Shown: positions 18,574 to 28,984, counted from the first letter of the stretch. The stretch is DNA of 64,000 nucleotides from an uncultured Poribacteria bacterium (GCA_958296135.2 CATQHZ020000001.1:4480001-4544000); one strand, 5' to 3'. The notes: generated from the sequence alone by a model not told the origin. Program-made: numbers and translations.

Positions 18574-19743
18574 ATGAAAGAACTCTTTACGATTCATTAC
18601 GCCGAAGTCGGCCTGAAAGGGAAAAATCGGGCGTTTTTTGAGAGACGGCTCGCGCAAAACATCAAGCAATCGCTGCGCGGCACCGGATACGCCTTAGTCA
18701 AACGGCTCCACGACAGGATTCAGGTGCAGTTGGAGCCGCACGCCGACATCGCCGACATCAAGAAACGCCTTAGCCGGGTGATGGGCATCGCACATTTTGA
18801 ACTCGTCTGCCGCACCGAGAAGAACATGGCGGCGATTAAGGAGACAGCCCTGCGGCACACCGAGGGCAAAACGTTTCAGACGCTGAAAGTGGAGACAAAA
18901 CGTTCGGATAAAACCTTTCCGCTGCTCTCCCCGCAAATTAGTGCCGAGGTAGGCGCGTATCTTATCCAACACACCGGCGCGCGCGCCGATATGCACACCC
19001 CAGAACTGCTCTGTCGCATCGAAGTCTCCCAAAACGCCGCCTATATTTACACGGAGAAATTGCCGGGCATCGGCGGGCTGCCTGTCGGCGTGAGTGGCAA
19101 GGTGCTGGTGATGCTCTCCGGCGGCATCGATTCGCCTGTCGCCGCGTGGCGACTGATAAAACGCGGCGCGAAAGCCGTTTTCATTCACTTTTACAGCTAC
19201 CCCTACACTGACAAAGCCTCTCTGGAAAAGGTGATGGAGTTGAGTCATATCTTGGCTGAATCGAACTATCGGAGTGCCCTTTATCTCGTTCCGTTCGCCG
19301 ATGTGCAACAAGCCATCGTGGCAGGAACGCCCGCACCGTTTCGGGTGCTGCTGTATCGGCGATTGATGACGCGGATTGCCGAACGCGTTGCGGCCCTCGT
19401 CGATGCGGAGGCGATTGTCACGGGTGAAAGCCTCGCGCAGGTTGCATCGCAGACGTTAACGAACCTGCGCGCAATTGAAGCCATCGCCGACATCCCGATT
19501 CTGCGTCCGCTCATCGGCGATGACAAAGCGGAGATTATCGCACAAGCGGAGCAGATAGGCACGTTTGCGGTATCCACGCTGCCGCATCAAGATTGCTGTT
19601 CGCTTTTCGTCCCAAAGCATCCTGCGACGCGCGCCACCGCCGCCGATTTAGAACGCGCCGAGGCGGGTTTGGACATCGAGGCATTGGTAAAAAGCGCGAT
19701 GGAGGGGATTGAGAAGCGGGTGGTGAATTTCCCGTATGAATAG
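18574..19743 (+). CDS. thiI: tRNA 4-thiouridine(8) synthase
   Basis: YAEVGLKGKNR, THUMP region, PP-loop LSGGIDSPVA, GESLAQVASQT, DCCS. Confidence 0.96.
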   Translation: MKELFTIHYAEVGLKGKNRAFFERRLAQNIKQSLRGTGYALVKRLHDRIQVQLEPHADIADIKKRLSRVMGIAHFELVCRTEKNMAAIKETALRHTEGKTFQTLKVETKRSDKTFPLLSPQISAEVGAYLIQHTGARADMHTPELLCRIEVSQNAAYIYTEKLPGIGGLPVGVSGKVLVMLSGGIDSPVAAWRLIKRGAKAVFIHFYSYPYTDKASLEKVMELSHILAESNYRSALYLVPFADVQQAIVAGTPAPFRVLLYRRLMTRIAERVAALVDAEAIVTGESLAQVASQTLTNLRAIEAIADIPILRPLIGDDKAEIIAQAEQIGTFAVSTLPHQDCCSLFVPKHPATRATAADLERAEAGLDIEALVKSAMEGIEKRVVNFPYE

Positions 19744-19909
19744 AGGACCCTCTTTACAAAAGGTTATCCACTGAGACAAAAAATTTAACTTTTTCCTTGC
19801 CTTTTTTCTTAGGATATGATAAACTTTAGTTAATTGGCAACAAGCGTGCGCGGCTGTACGTATTTTCTGTTGCGCCTATACAATATTGCTAAGCCCTCGG
19901 AGATAAGGT

Positions 19910-21910
19910 ATGAAGGTAAACATCTCACAATTGAGATCCGCTGACCTCGGTGCAGTGGACACGTTAATGAAGCGTTACAGTCAGACGCTCGGTTTTCTGC
20001 CCGGGCAAGCACTGCAAAGTTACCTTGAAAAAGGAACTGTGTTAGGAGCGACTACCGATGCAGGTGAACTCGTGGGTTACCTTCTCTACGCCGCCTATCC
20101 AAACTACTTCCGGATTACGCATCTCTGTGTATCGGAAGAATACCGAGGGAAAGGTATCGCGAAGCATCTCGTCGATGCATTAAAGATGGCTGCCGACACC
20201 CAAAAGGTTATCAAACTTCATTGCCGTCGTGATTTTCCGGCGAATGATTTGTGGCCCAAATTGGGGTTTGTCGCCATAGACGAGAAGCCTGGCAGATCCA
20301 GGGCCGGACACCGTCTGACAGTCTGGCATTTTCGGCTCGCTCCAGACGACCAGATGGAACTTTTTCAGGCTGCAACGTCTGATGATACTCTTGACATTGT
20401 CATTGATGCCCAAATCTTCTTCGATTTTGATGAGCCGGATAGCGATAAAACTCAGCCATCTAAGGCACTGCTGTCCGACTTCTTAGTTGATTCACTTAAC
20501 CTCTGGATTACGGATGAGCTGCTGAATGAAATCAATAGGCAGGAAGATCGCGAAAAGCGCGAAAACTCGCGGCGCAGCGCTCATAATTTTCCCAAAGTAG
20601 AGTCTGTGCCACACCTCATCGAAGAATTTGATAACCGGTTAAGGGACTTTCTTCCAAAGCGCAGGGCAAGCCAAGAGTCTGATATTAGACAATTAGCGCG
20701 GGCCGCCGCTTCTCGGATCAAAACCTTTGTCACCAAAGACCATGCGCTTTTGGAAGAGGCAGAGAAAATCGCGGAGTTGACCGGGCTTGAGGTAATCAAT
20801 CCAGTGGACTTAATCGTTCGACTTCACGAGTTGGCTAAAAGGCAATCCTACGCACCGGATTATATTGCAGGTTTTAACCTTCGTTGGACTCGCTTGGCCT
20901 CTAACGATCTCACCTCTCTTTCTTTTAATCCTTTTCTTCTCCTACAGGAGACGAGTGGTAAATTCAGAGAAAAATTGGAATCCTTAGTTGCGCAAGTCGA
21001 TTGTTACGAATGCGAACTTCTCCGGTCCGGGGATGAGGTTATCGCCATCCGAGTCCTCACAGTAGGTGCCAATAAGACGCTCATGTCTCCCTTGGCGAGA
21101 GTTGCACATTCTGCAGACCGGACGCTATTCGGCCGTTTTTTAATAGTCGACACAGTTTCCAAAGCGGTGGAAAAGAATCAGGACATGGTGGCATTTGAAA
21201 CTACTGAGCTCACTCCCAGCTTAATGCCATACTTGCTAGAGATGGGATTTATCGCCGGTAACAGCAGTTTCGTGAGGTTCTGCTTCTCGCGTCGTTTGCG
21301 CCGCACAGAAGTCTTGGCCGAGATCTCTGCGCTGTGCCCGGAAGCTGCACGCAAGTATCAGGACATGTCAGAGCTTGACCTTGAGCGTTGCTGCTCTCCC
21401 CTTGTTTTGAATCCGCCAGAGCAAGAATGCTTTCTGGTACCCATTCGTCCGTTCTACGCGACTGGACTGATTGACAGACATCAGTCAGGGAGAGAACTTT
21501 TTGGCGGCAACCCCAATGTCCTACTGCGCTGGGATAATGTGTATTATCGAGCCGCAAATCGTCACAGGATGCTTAAACCCCCTGCCCGAATTCTATGGTA
21601 CGTCAGCAGTCCGAGGCAACAAATCATTGCCGTGTCCGGTCTGGACGATGTCTTAATTGATACCGCTAAGGAGCTTTTCAGGCAATTCCGAAAATTTGGA
21701 ATCTTGAGATGGAGAGACCTCTACGAAATGTGCGCTCGGGATCCGTCAAGAAACCTCATGGCGTTGAAATTTTCGCACACGTTCCTGTTTCGGAAACCGA
21801 TTTCATTGGCCGTGATGAGAGAGGTAGGCATCTTGCATCCACAAGGGCCTTTGAAAATCTCGCCAGAAATCTTTCGCGAACTCTTTCAGAGAGGATATCC
21901 AAACCAATGA
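19910..21910 (+). CDS. GNAT acetyltransferase-PIN nuclease-(degenerate GNAT)-PUA/ASCH-like fusion
   Basis: LCVSEEYRGKGIA (acetyl-CoA motif A); PIN-like IVIDAQ...ELLNEI...SDIRQL...FVTKD; C-terminal VPIRPFYA...NVYYR...ILWYVSSP. Confidence 0.75.
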   Translation: MKVNISQLRSADLGAVDTLMKRYSQTLGFLPGQALQSYLEKGTVLGATTDAGELVGYLLYAAYPNYFRITHLCVSEEYRGKGIAKHLVDALKMAADTQKVIKLHCRRDFPANDLWPKLGFVAIDEKPGRSRAGHRLTVWHFRLAPDDQMELFQAATSDDTLDIVIDAQIFFDFDEPDSDKTQPSKALLSDFLVDSLNLWITDELLNEINRQEDREKRENSRRSAHNFPKVESVPHLIEEFDNRLRDFLPKRRASQESDIRQLARAAASRIKTFVTKDHALLEEAEKIAELTGLEVINPVDLIVRLHELAKRQSYAPDYIAGFNLRWTRLASNDLTSLSFNPFLLLQETSGKFREKLESLVAQVDCYECELLRSGDEVIAIRVLTVGANKTLMSPLARVAHSADRTLFGRFLIVDTVSKAVEKNQDMVAFETTELTPSLMPYLLEMGFIAGNSSFVRFCFSRRLRRTEVLAEISALCPEAARKYQDMSELDLERCCSPLVLNPPEQECFLVPIRPFYATGLIDRHQSGRELFGGNPNVLLRWDNVYYRAANRHRMLKPPARILWYVSSPRQQIIAVSGLDDVLIDTAKELFRQFRKFGILRWRDLYEMCARDPSRNLMALKFSHTFLFRKPISLAVMREVGILHPQGPLKISPEIFRELFQRGYPNQ

Positions 21911-22428
21911 CGAAAGCAACAATGCAACCCTTGCTTCTCGCCTTGAAGCCCTGTTACGCAGATATGGTTTTTGAAGGGCTCAAAACCGTTGAACTTCGAC
22001 GGCGGATCGCTTATGATATGGAAAATCGCGACGTGTTCATCTACGTTTCTAGCCCCACTATGGCACTGCGCGGCGGGTTCCACGTTGGCCACGTCTGGCA
22101 AGATTCTCCGGAAGCAGTATGGGACATAGTGTGCGATCTCGCTCAGGTGGAGAAGCGGGATTTCGACATCTATTTTGAGGGCAAAACTGTCGCCTGTGCC
22201 TTTGAAATCAGAGAGGTTTGGGAATATGAAAACCCAGTCAATCTCCACACGTTGAGGGACCAATTCCCAAACTTCGTTGTCCCGCAGTCATGGCGTTACG
22301 TCCGCGATGATGAGCACCTGTTTTTCAAGTTTTTCCGGACAACGCGTCCGAAACCAACAAAAGTCTCCCATATTGAGAAACGGCAAGGGCGAGTCCAACC
22401 GTTGCATCCTCAACACGCCTCCCTTTGA
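21907..22428 (+). CDS. ASCH/PUA-fold protein
   Basis: ALKPCYADMVFEGLKTVELRRR (GxKxxExR), IYVSSP, PQSWRY; ATGA overlap with upstream gene. Confidence 0.82.
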   Translation: MTKATMQPLLLALKPCYADMVFEGLKTVELRRRIAYDMENRDVFIYVSSPTMALRGGFHVGHVWQDSPEAVWDIVCDLAQVEKRDFDIYFEGKTVACAFEIREVWEYENPVNLHTLRDQFPNFVVPQSWRYVRDDEHLFFKFFRTTRPKPTKVSHIEKRQGRVQPLHPQHASL

Positions 22429-22444
22429 GGCGAGCAACCTGACT

Positions 22445-23545
22445 ATGGCGCGAATAAAAAAATGCAAAAAAATCTTGCTTATTCGGCTCAGTTCACTCGG
22501 CGATGTTGTGCTGACGACACCGGCCATCCGCGCGGTGCGCGCGCATTTCCCAAACGCGCATATCGCTATGCTCGTCGCGAAGCAATCCGCCGAGGTCCTT
22601 CGCGAAAATCCGCACCTCAATGAGATTCTTCGGTTTGATAGACTCGCCCCAGACAAGGATATTGGCGAGATGTGGCGGGTTATCCGCACGCTACGCGAAC
22701 GGAAATTCTCGCTGACGATTGACTTCCAAGGGAAATTTCGGACGAAGGTGTTAGCGTACCTCAGCGGTGCCGCCGAGCGTGTCGGGCGAGGAAGATTATG
22801 CACTGTCCGTGTCCCACAAGACAAATCGCAACCGGGAGAGCGCGCATCCAGAAAACACGCAACGGAGCAAAACCTCGCCTTGCTACATGCAATCGGCATT
22901 CCGGCCGAAGATCGGACGTTGGAGATGTTTCTCGCTGAATCTGAACGCGAAGAAGCAACCAAGCGGTTTGACGCAGCAGGCATCCCCAGTAGCAAGCAAC
23001 GCCACGTCCCGATAGTCGGCCTGTTTCCCGGTGCAGGGTGGAAGTTGCGGGAATGGATGCCGGAACGGTTCGCCGCCATCGGAGATAAACTCGTGCGGCA
23101 CTTCAACGCGCATGTGCTGATTTTCGGGGGCCCACAGGAAGTTGAATTGGTAGCCAAGGTCGCCGGACTGATGCACGCGTCCGCTGTGCCGTTCGCTGGC
23201 AATCTGCAGATTCGGCAGCTTGCAGCATGCCTTGAAAAATGCAGCCTCTTCCTCACCAACGATACCGGACCGATGCACATCGCCGCGGCGGTGGGAACCC
23301 CTACCGTTGCGCTGTTCGGTCCCGGCAATCACCATCGGTTTCAGCCGCTCGGCGTTTTGCACCAGACACTCCGTCACGATGTACCGTGTAGTCCGTGTAA
23401 GCAGTTCACGGATAAGTGTCAAGATAACGTCTGTATGAAACGGATTCGCGTTGATGAGGTGTGGGAAGCTGTAAGGGCGCGCTTACAACGCGTGCCTACA
23501 TTAACTGGCTCTTACCCACACGCCGCCTCAAAAACGCGGAGATGA
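22445..23545 (+). CDS. GT9 lipopolysaccharide heptosyltransferase (WaaF-like)
   Basis: ILLIRLSSLGDVV, PGAGWKLREW, TNDTGPMHIAAAVGTPTVALFGP. Confidence 0.9.
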   Translation: MARIKKCKKILLIRLSSLGDVVLTTPAIRAVRAHFPNAHIAMLVAKQSAEVLRENPHLNEILRFDRLAPDKDIGEMWRVIRTLRERKFSLTIDFQGKFRTKVLAYLSGAAERVGRGRLCTVRVPQDKSQPGERASRKHATEQNLALLHAIGIPAEDRTLEMFLAESEREEATKRFDAAGIPSSKQRHVPIVGLFPGAGWKLREWMPERFAAIGDKLVRHFNAHVLIFGGPQEVELVAKVAGLMHASAVPFAGNLQIRQLAACLEKCSLFLTNDTGPMHIAAAVGTPTVALFGPGNHHRFQPLGVLHQTLRHDVPCSPCKQFTDKCQDNVCMKRIRVDEVWEAVRARLQRVPTLTGSYPHAASKTRR

Positions 23546-24564
23546 TTTCCGCCGAGCACCTTCTGGATGTCTTCATCGGTATAGCCGCGCGCGCTTAACT
23601 CCGACGTGATTTTCGGGAAGTCTGTCGCATCCTTGAGGAGCTCACCGCCGCCATCAAAATCAGAACCGATGCCAACGTGGTCGATCCCGGCGATATCGAT
23701 CGCATACGCAAGGTGATTGATGAGCTGCGCAAACGGCGGTGTCTTCGTCCAGCCATCTGCCGTGATAAACCCCGGCACGAACGTGATACCCACCACGCCG
23801 CCGTTGGCTGCCAACGCCTTGAGTTGCTCGTTCGTCAAATTGCGGGAGTGGTGGCACAACGTCTCGCAATTGCTATGCGATGCGATGACCGGGCGTTCCG
23901 AGATATCCAGCACGTCCCAGAACCCGCGCTCGCTGATATGCGACACATCTACTAGCATGCCGAGCCGGTTCATCTCTCGCACCAAGTCCATCCCGAAGCG
24001 CGTCAAGCCGCCGCCCATATCACTCTCGCTGTTGCCAGCCGATGCCCACGTATTCGGGTTGTGCGTCAAACCGATAGAGCGCACGCCGAGCAGATAGAGT
24101 GAGTGCAGAATATTCAGGCTCCGTTCCACCGCCTCGCTGTTTTCAATGACAAGCACGGCGGCGAGCTTACCCTGCGCTTTCGCCGCCCGGATGTCGTCCG
24201 CTTTCCGAACGATGCAGATGTCGTCCGCATTTGCTTGCACCTCCGCCGTGAACCAGCCGAAAGCATCCAACGCGTAGGCGAGATGGTTCTTCCACGCCCG
24301 GGTCACGTCTACGGCAAAGAAGGCAGCATCAATGCCACCTTGCCGCATTTTCGGGATGTTGAGTTGGATGCCGAGTGCCGCCTCTTCCGGCGGCACCGGA
24401 CCGCGTAGATAGGCGATAGTGCCGGGATACTGCGCGGGGTCCTCGATATTTTCATCGGCAAGACTGATGTTGCCCCGGCGGATGTGCGCGACGATGGCAT
24501 CGTTATGCGAATCAATAACAAGGGATTGATGGTGCAACTCCAAGGCGCGGGTATCTGATGGCAT
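23512..24564 (-). CDS. Membrane dipeptidase (peptidase M19)
   Basis: IDSHND, VDVSH, ASHSN, GIGSDFDG, GGNHLRV. Confidence 0.92.
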   Translation of the reverse strand: MPSDTRALELHHQSLVIDSHNDAIVAHIRRGNISLADENIEDPAQYPGTIAYLRGPVPPEEAALGIQLNIPKMRQGGIDAAFFAVDVTRAWKNHLAYALDAFGWFTAEVQANADDICIVRKADDIRAAKAQGKLAAVLVIENSEAVERSLNILHSLYLLGVRSIGLTHNPNTWASAGNSESDMGGGLTRFGMDLVREMNRLGMLVDVSHISERGFWDVLDISERPVIASHSNCETLCHHSRNLTNEQLKALAANGGVVGITFVPGFITADGWTKTPPFAQLINHLAYAIDIAGIDHVGIGSDFDGGGELLKDATDFPKITSELSARGYTDEDIQKVLGGNHLRVFEAACG

Positions 24565-24623
24565 TCTGATTGTTCTCCTTTTTTAATTCGGCTTACGCGG
24601 CACAATTTTGGCGCAAGGTCCGC

Positions 24624-25619
24624 TCAATCTAAGACTGTCTGTATCGTTCGTTCGGCGATTTCCGGCGTGATGCGCAACGTTGACGCAACGGTGTAGGGCA
24701 ATTGGTGCTGCGTGACATACGCCGACAAATGCGTGAGTGTCTCCGCAATCGCATCGGGAGAAACAGCAGTCGGACGGTAGTTAATCTGTAAGCACTCCAG
24801 CGCGTGCCGATACTGAAGCCACGGCTGCGATTGCAGCACAGCCATGAGTAAGATGCCTAACCCGACTAACTCGCCGTGCAAAACAGGCACTGTCAACCGG
24901 TTCTCCAATGCATAGGTGAAATAGTGCTCGCTTCCCTCTTCCAGCCGGCTGTGTCCACAGAGATTGCAGAGCTGCACCTCCATGCAGAGTAACTCAAAGA
25001 GGCACGTTAATCCCTCAGGTGTGCCGCTGCCAATGTCCCGCGCGTTGTCTAAAAGCGTCTGGAGGAGCGCGTCGCCGATGTCAACGGCTTGGCGCGTAAC
25101 TCGTTCGTCGGCACGGTTCTCCCCCAACTTTTCTGCCTCCTGCCACTCCCACATCGCCGTTGCGATGGAGAGGACATCCGCCGCCCCGCTCGCGCGCATG
25201 GATGCCGGCGCGTTGCACAAGACTTCCATGTCAACAATAACGGTGTCCGGCGTTTTTGTTGGCAGGTAGCGGACACACCCGGCTTCTCGCACGCCTGTTG
25301 CATCAGTGAGGAAAGCATCGGTTGAGAGAACGGTGGGCAGCGCGATGAGGGGTAAATTGTTCGCTGCGGCGACGAGCTTCGCGGTGTCTATCGCCAATCC
25401 GCCGCCGATGCCATAAACCACTTCGCCTTCACACGCCTCGGCGATGGCTTCCATATCGGCCTGCGTGTTGCCGTGAATAGAGATGCGCTGTCGCGGATTT
25501 ATTGAAATGGCCCTAGCGCACTCCCATGCCGGCTCCGTTGTCAAGACAATAGCCTCACTCGGGTCTTCTACCGTGGCGAAGGGACGTTTCTCAATACTCG
25601 GTAATCGTGAAATTTCCAT
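24624..25619 (-). CDS. Glycerol-1-phosphate dehydrogenase/glycerol dehydrogenase-like enzyme
   Basis: GIGGGLAIDTAK, PTVLSTD, EGSEH, LHGELVG. Confidence 0.75.
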   Translation of the reverse strand: MEISRLPSIEKRPFATVEDPSEAIVLTTEPAWECARAISINPRQRISIHGNTQADMEAIAEACEGEVVYGIGGGLAIDTAKLVAAANNLPLIALPTVLSTDAFLTDATGVREAGCVRYLPTKTPDTVIVDMEVLCNAPASMRASGAADVLSIATAMWEWQEAEKLGENRADERVTRQAVDIGDALLQTLLDNARDIGSGTPEGLTCLFELLCMEVQLCNLCGHSRLEEGSEHYFTYALENRLTVPVLHGELVGLGILLMAVLQSQPWLQYRHALECLQINYRPTAVSPDAIAETLTHLSAYVTQHQLPYTVASTLRITPEIAERTIQTVLD

Positions 25620-25709
25620 ATTTTCTGTATCGCTTGGACAGGTGTCAAACCCTATCCCATAGGCGCGGTTTGTCACCGCGCTTACCGGGGGATGCTTCCG
25701 TCTTGTGGC

Positions 25710-26840
25710 TCAGCCTGACATCAGATGCATCAAATCAACGTGGTAGATTTGCCGCGAGCCTTCATGCACCGAATCGAAGGTGACTGTCGTTCCATCGGGG
25801 GCCCAGCGCGGGTGCAAATCGCATCGGATATCGCCGGTAAACTGTTCTTCATGATGGAATTCGCCTAAGGGCATCTGCCTATTTTCGGCGATGTTGTAAA
25901 CCATCAGTGCCGCTAACCGTGCCTCGCCGCGTGGGTAGGTATCGCACAGTAGCCACTGCCTATCGGGTGAAAAAGAGGCGTGTCCATCACTCGGTAGCAC
26001 GCCGCGTCCAAACGGCGTGAAGTCGCGCGCGCCATCGGTAAATTCAACGAACCCCATCTCACCCGTAATGTCGGAGGATACGAGAATCCGCGTCGGCGTT
26101 CGCCAATCAAAGTGCGATACGCGGTATCCGAACGGAATCTGCATCTCCAACTCGGAACCGTCCGGGCGAACAGTCCAGAGGGAGGAGTAGAATCCTTTTT
26201 CGTGGCGGCATCGGCAGAAGAAGAGGATGCGCGTGCCATCCGTATTGAAAAGGACATGATTAAACCACGTCCTCCCTCCGACGAGGCGTTCATCGCCGCT
26301 CTTCTGGACAACCTCAGCGATGGTGAGGACAAGTCGCGCGCTTCCATCTTGCAGATTGAGGAGGTATAAGCCATCATCTTCAGGCTGTGCCACAATCTCA
26401 TCCGGGTTCATCTCATTGGCGTAGCCGACTACGGCGCGGCAGTGTGCCATCCGCGCATAGTTCAACCCGATAGCGAGCGGTGCAGTCGGTGAGATGGCGG
26501 CAATCGCGCCTTGAATCGTTCGGACTGCCCCGGTTTTCGGGTTCACCGCGCGGGATACGAGTGTGCCATTGTCCCAATCGTTAAACGTGAATTCCTCGCC
26601 TATCCAATGCAACATGCTACCCTGTTGGAGGTTGAAGGCGGTGGTGTTCGCATACGCGGCAAATTCGCGCGTTTCTCGGTGGAGGAGGCCGACAGCGGCG
26701 ACATCTTCCAGCACCGGGCGGTGGGTATGGAAACCCGTTTCAAGCGCGAGGTGATATGTGCCGGTGCTATCCCACGGGTTGATACCGTAATAGCCGAAGA
26801 AATGGTGTTTGGGAGTCGTGGATAATCTGTTAACTTTCAT
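25710..26840 (-). CDS. TolB-like beta-propeller protein (oligogalacturonate lyase-like)
   Basis: HFFGYYGINPW, WFNHVLFNTDG, DGHASFSPD, RCDLHPRWAPDG. Confidence 0.7.
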   Translation of the reverse strand: MKVNRLSTTPKHHFFGYYGINPWDSTGTYHLALETGFHTHRPVLEDVAAVGLLHRETREFAAYANTTAFNLQQGSMLHWIGEEFTFNDWDNGTLVSRAVNPKTGAVRTIQGAIAAISPTAPLAIGLNYARMAHCRAVVGYANEMNPDEIVAQPEDDGLYLLNLQDGSARLVLTIAEVVQKSGDERLVGGRTWFNHVLFNTDGTRILFFCRCRHEKGFYSSLWTVRPDGSELEMQIPFGYRVSHFDWRTPTRILVSSDITGEMGFVEFTDGARDFTPFGRGVLPSDGHASFSPDRQWLLCDTYPRGEARLAALMVYNIAENRQMPLGEFHHEEQFTGDIRCDLHPRWAPDGTTVTFDSVHEGSRQIYHVDLMHLMSG

Positions 26841-27004
26841 CACTCTAAGGTTTTGAAACAAAAACCTGCTTGCATCGTTTTAAAGGGTAAGACTCGCGCG
26901 AAATCAGATGAACTCGCTGAACGCTGGAATCTCCGCCGAAGACACCGTAGTTTTCCGGCACTCTAATTTGACTTGACGCATAGGGTGAGGGGCTATCCCT
27001 CGCC

Positions 27005-27763
27005 ATGCATGCAGCCACACAGGAAGAAATGAAAATCGTAGCCAGAACAGACATAGGCAAACTTCGCGACCGGAACGAAGACTCCTACTATTTTGACGCG
27101 CCGCTCCAACTTTTCGCCATCGCCGATGGCATGAGCGGGCACGAAAGAGGCGACATGGCGAGTCGTCTCGCGATGAGCGTTATTGAGGAGTGGCTCGCGG
27201 CCAAAGCGCACGCCTATAGCGATTTGGGGCACATCCACAAACTTGAAATCCTGAGCGAACTCGCCACGCAAGCGAACCAACGTGTCTATACTACCGCGCA
27301 GCACCAGGCGCAGCAACGCGGCATGGGCACAACGCTCGTCGCCGGCTTTGCTACCGCCAGTTATCTGGCATACGTCTACGTCGGAGATAGCCGGCTCTAC
27401 GTGTTACACGATGAGACGCTCACACAAATAACGACAGACGATACACTCGTGCAAAAAATGGTGGACGAGGGAAAAATCACGCCCGAAGAAAGCCGGGTAC
27501 ATGCGAAACGGAATATCCTTATGCAAGCAATCGGCTTGGCCCCCACCGTCACCGTCCATGCCGATGTGCATCCGCTCACCCCTGGCGACATCATCCTCGC
27601 ATGCACGGATGGCCTGCATGACCTGGTTATCGATGACAAGGAAATCGCGGACACGCTGCTCTCGGCACCGAATATTGAGGCGGCATGCGAAAACCTTGTC
27701 CAGAAGGCACTTGATTACGGCGGCATAGATAACGTTACGGTGCTCCTCGCGACGGTGGAGTAA
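27005..27763 (+). CDS. PP2C/Stp1-family Ser/Thr phosphatase
   Basis: RDRNEDS, IADGMSGH, MGTT, VGDSR, CTDGL, GGIDNVT. Confidence 0.93.
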   Translation: MHAATQEEMKIVARTDIGKLRDRNEDSYYFDAPLQLFAIADGMSGHERGDMASRLAMSVIEEWLAAKAHAYSDLGHIHKLEILSELATQANQRVYTTAQHQAQQRGMGTTLVAGFATASYLAYVYVGDSRLYVLHDETLTQITTDDTLVQKMVDEGKITPEESRVHAKRNILMQAIGLAPTVTVHADVHPLTPGDIILACTDGLHDLVIDDKEIADTLLSAPNIEAACENLVQKALDYGGIDNVTVLLATVE

Positions 27764-27778
27764 TCTTACGCAACCCGC

Positions 27779-27808
27779 GTAGGCGCGGGGTTTCAAACCG
27801 CGCCTACG
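27779..27808. repeat. Family-B GTAG REP-like palindrome (representative; others near 7950, 15845, 16778, 23471, 25658, 33229, 40505, 42819, 47135, 49293, 49784, 54408, 60949)
   Basis: GTAGGCGCGGG-TTTCAAA-CCGCGCCTAC. Confidence 0.85.
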
Positions 27809-27845
27809 GGAGCCAGGGAATCGCGCTCAGGAGCTCGCCCATCCC

Positions 27846-28274
27846 TTAGTCCGCCTGCAGTCCCAAGAGCAGCGCGTCTTCATCGTATTCGTCGGATTCG
27901 GGGAGCGGTGGTTTTTCCAACACCGGTAACTCAATCCGGCCTGCCTCTGCCCACAACCGCTCCAGGTTATAGTAGTCACGTCTTTCTGCGAGAAAGATAT
28001 GCACGACAAAATCGACGTAGTCTAACAAGAGCCAGTCTGCCTTGCGTGCGCCCTCCCGATGCCAGGGCCGTTGTTCCCAGTTCTGTTCCAGTTCCTCGAT
28101 GACAGCTTCCGAGATACCTTCAACTTGGATGTCGGAGGCACCGCTGAAGATTGCGAAGTAGTCCGTGAAGCCGTCAAGTTCGCGCAAATCGAGGATAACG
28201 CCGTTTTGCGCGCGCCTTCCCATTGCTGCGGCCGCCGCCGCTTTCACCATGGCTAATGTGTTATTTTCTCTCAT
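27846..28274 (-). CDS. rsfS: Ribosome silencing factor
   Basis: TDYFAIFSG, WLLLDYVDFVVHIF, YYNLERLW. Confidence 0.93.
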   Translation of the reverse strand: MRENNTLAMVKAAAAAAMGRRAQNGVILDLRELDGFTDYFAIFSGASDIQVEGISEAVIEELEQNWEQRPWHREGARKADWLLLDYVDFVVHIFLAERRDYYNLERLWAEAGRIELPVLEKPPLPESDEYDEDALLLGLQAD

Positions 28275-28360
28275 TTATCATGCCTCCCTGTTTCTCTGCC
28301 GGTAGCCGCGCCCTGATGGCGCGTCCAATGCCTGCACGGTGCAAACCGTACCTACGGCGT

Positions 28361-28984
28361 TTATTCTGCGTCCGCGAAGGTGTGATTATAGGTATGCAGT
28401 GTATCCGGATGAATCATCACCCGTTTCTCAAGGAGATGCTGGATCTTATAGCGTGCTACGTGATGCACGGCGTGCGGCAGATGCGTGTAAGCTAACGCCC
28501 GAACCACGTCAACTCCTTCGTGTGTGCGCGTCGGCTCCGCAAAATCAGCGACGTAAAGCACCCGCGCGATTGTGCCCATCAACGGGCTACCTGTGGTATG
28601 GCACCGGATCGCTTCAAGCACCTCCAGGTCTGCCACAGCGAACTGCTCCTCAGCAAGTTTCACGCCGATGAGAGCGTGTAAGAGCGCGGGGGTGCGCTGC
28701 TCCACCGGGTCGAGTTGGAGTTCATAGCGTGCAGCGGCACTGAACAATTCTTCCCGGTTCATCCACTTCGCGCAATCGTGCAGCAGCGCGGCGAGGCTGG
28801 TTTTCCAGATATCGACGCCATGGCACCGCGCGAGCTCAATCGCCATCTCCTGCACAGAGAGGACGTGATGGTAACGCTTCGCTGTCAGTTTCACCGAGAG
28901 ATACGCCTGTATCTCAACGGATTTCGGGTGTGCCCGGAGCACTGTTTTTGAACAAAGTGGCAGTTTATTCGGTGCCATCGTCAA
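28361..28984 (-). CDS. yqeK: HD-domain bis(5'-nucleosyl)-tetraphosphatase
   Basis: RYHHVLSV, LLHDCAK, HTTG, YVADFAEP; nadD-rsfS context. Confidence 0.9.
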   Translation of the reverse strand: MTMAPNKLPLCSKTVLRAHPKSVEIQAYLSVKLTAKRYHHVLSVQEMAIELARCHGVDIWKTSLAALLHDCAKWMNREELFSAAARYELQLDPVEQRTPALLHALIGVKLAEEQFAVADLEVLEAIRCHTTGSPLMGTIARVLYVADFAEPTRTHEGVDVVRALAYTHLPHAVHHVARYKIQHLLEKRVMIHPDTLHTYNHTFADAE

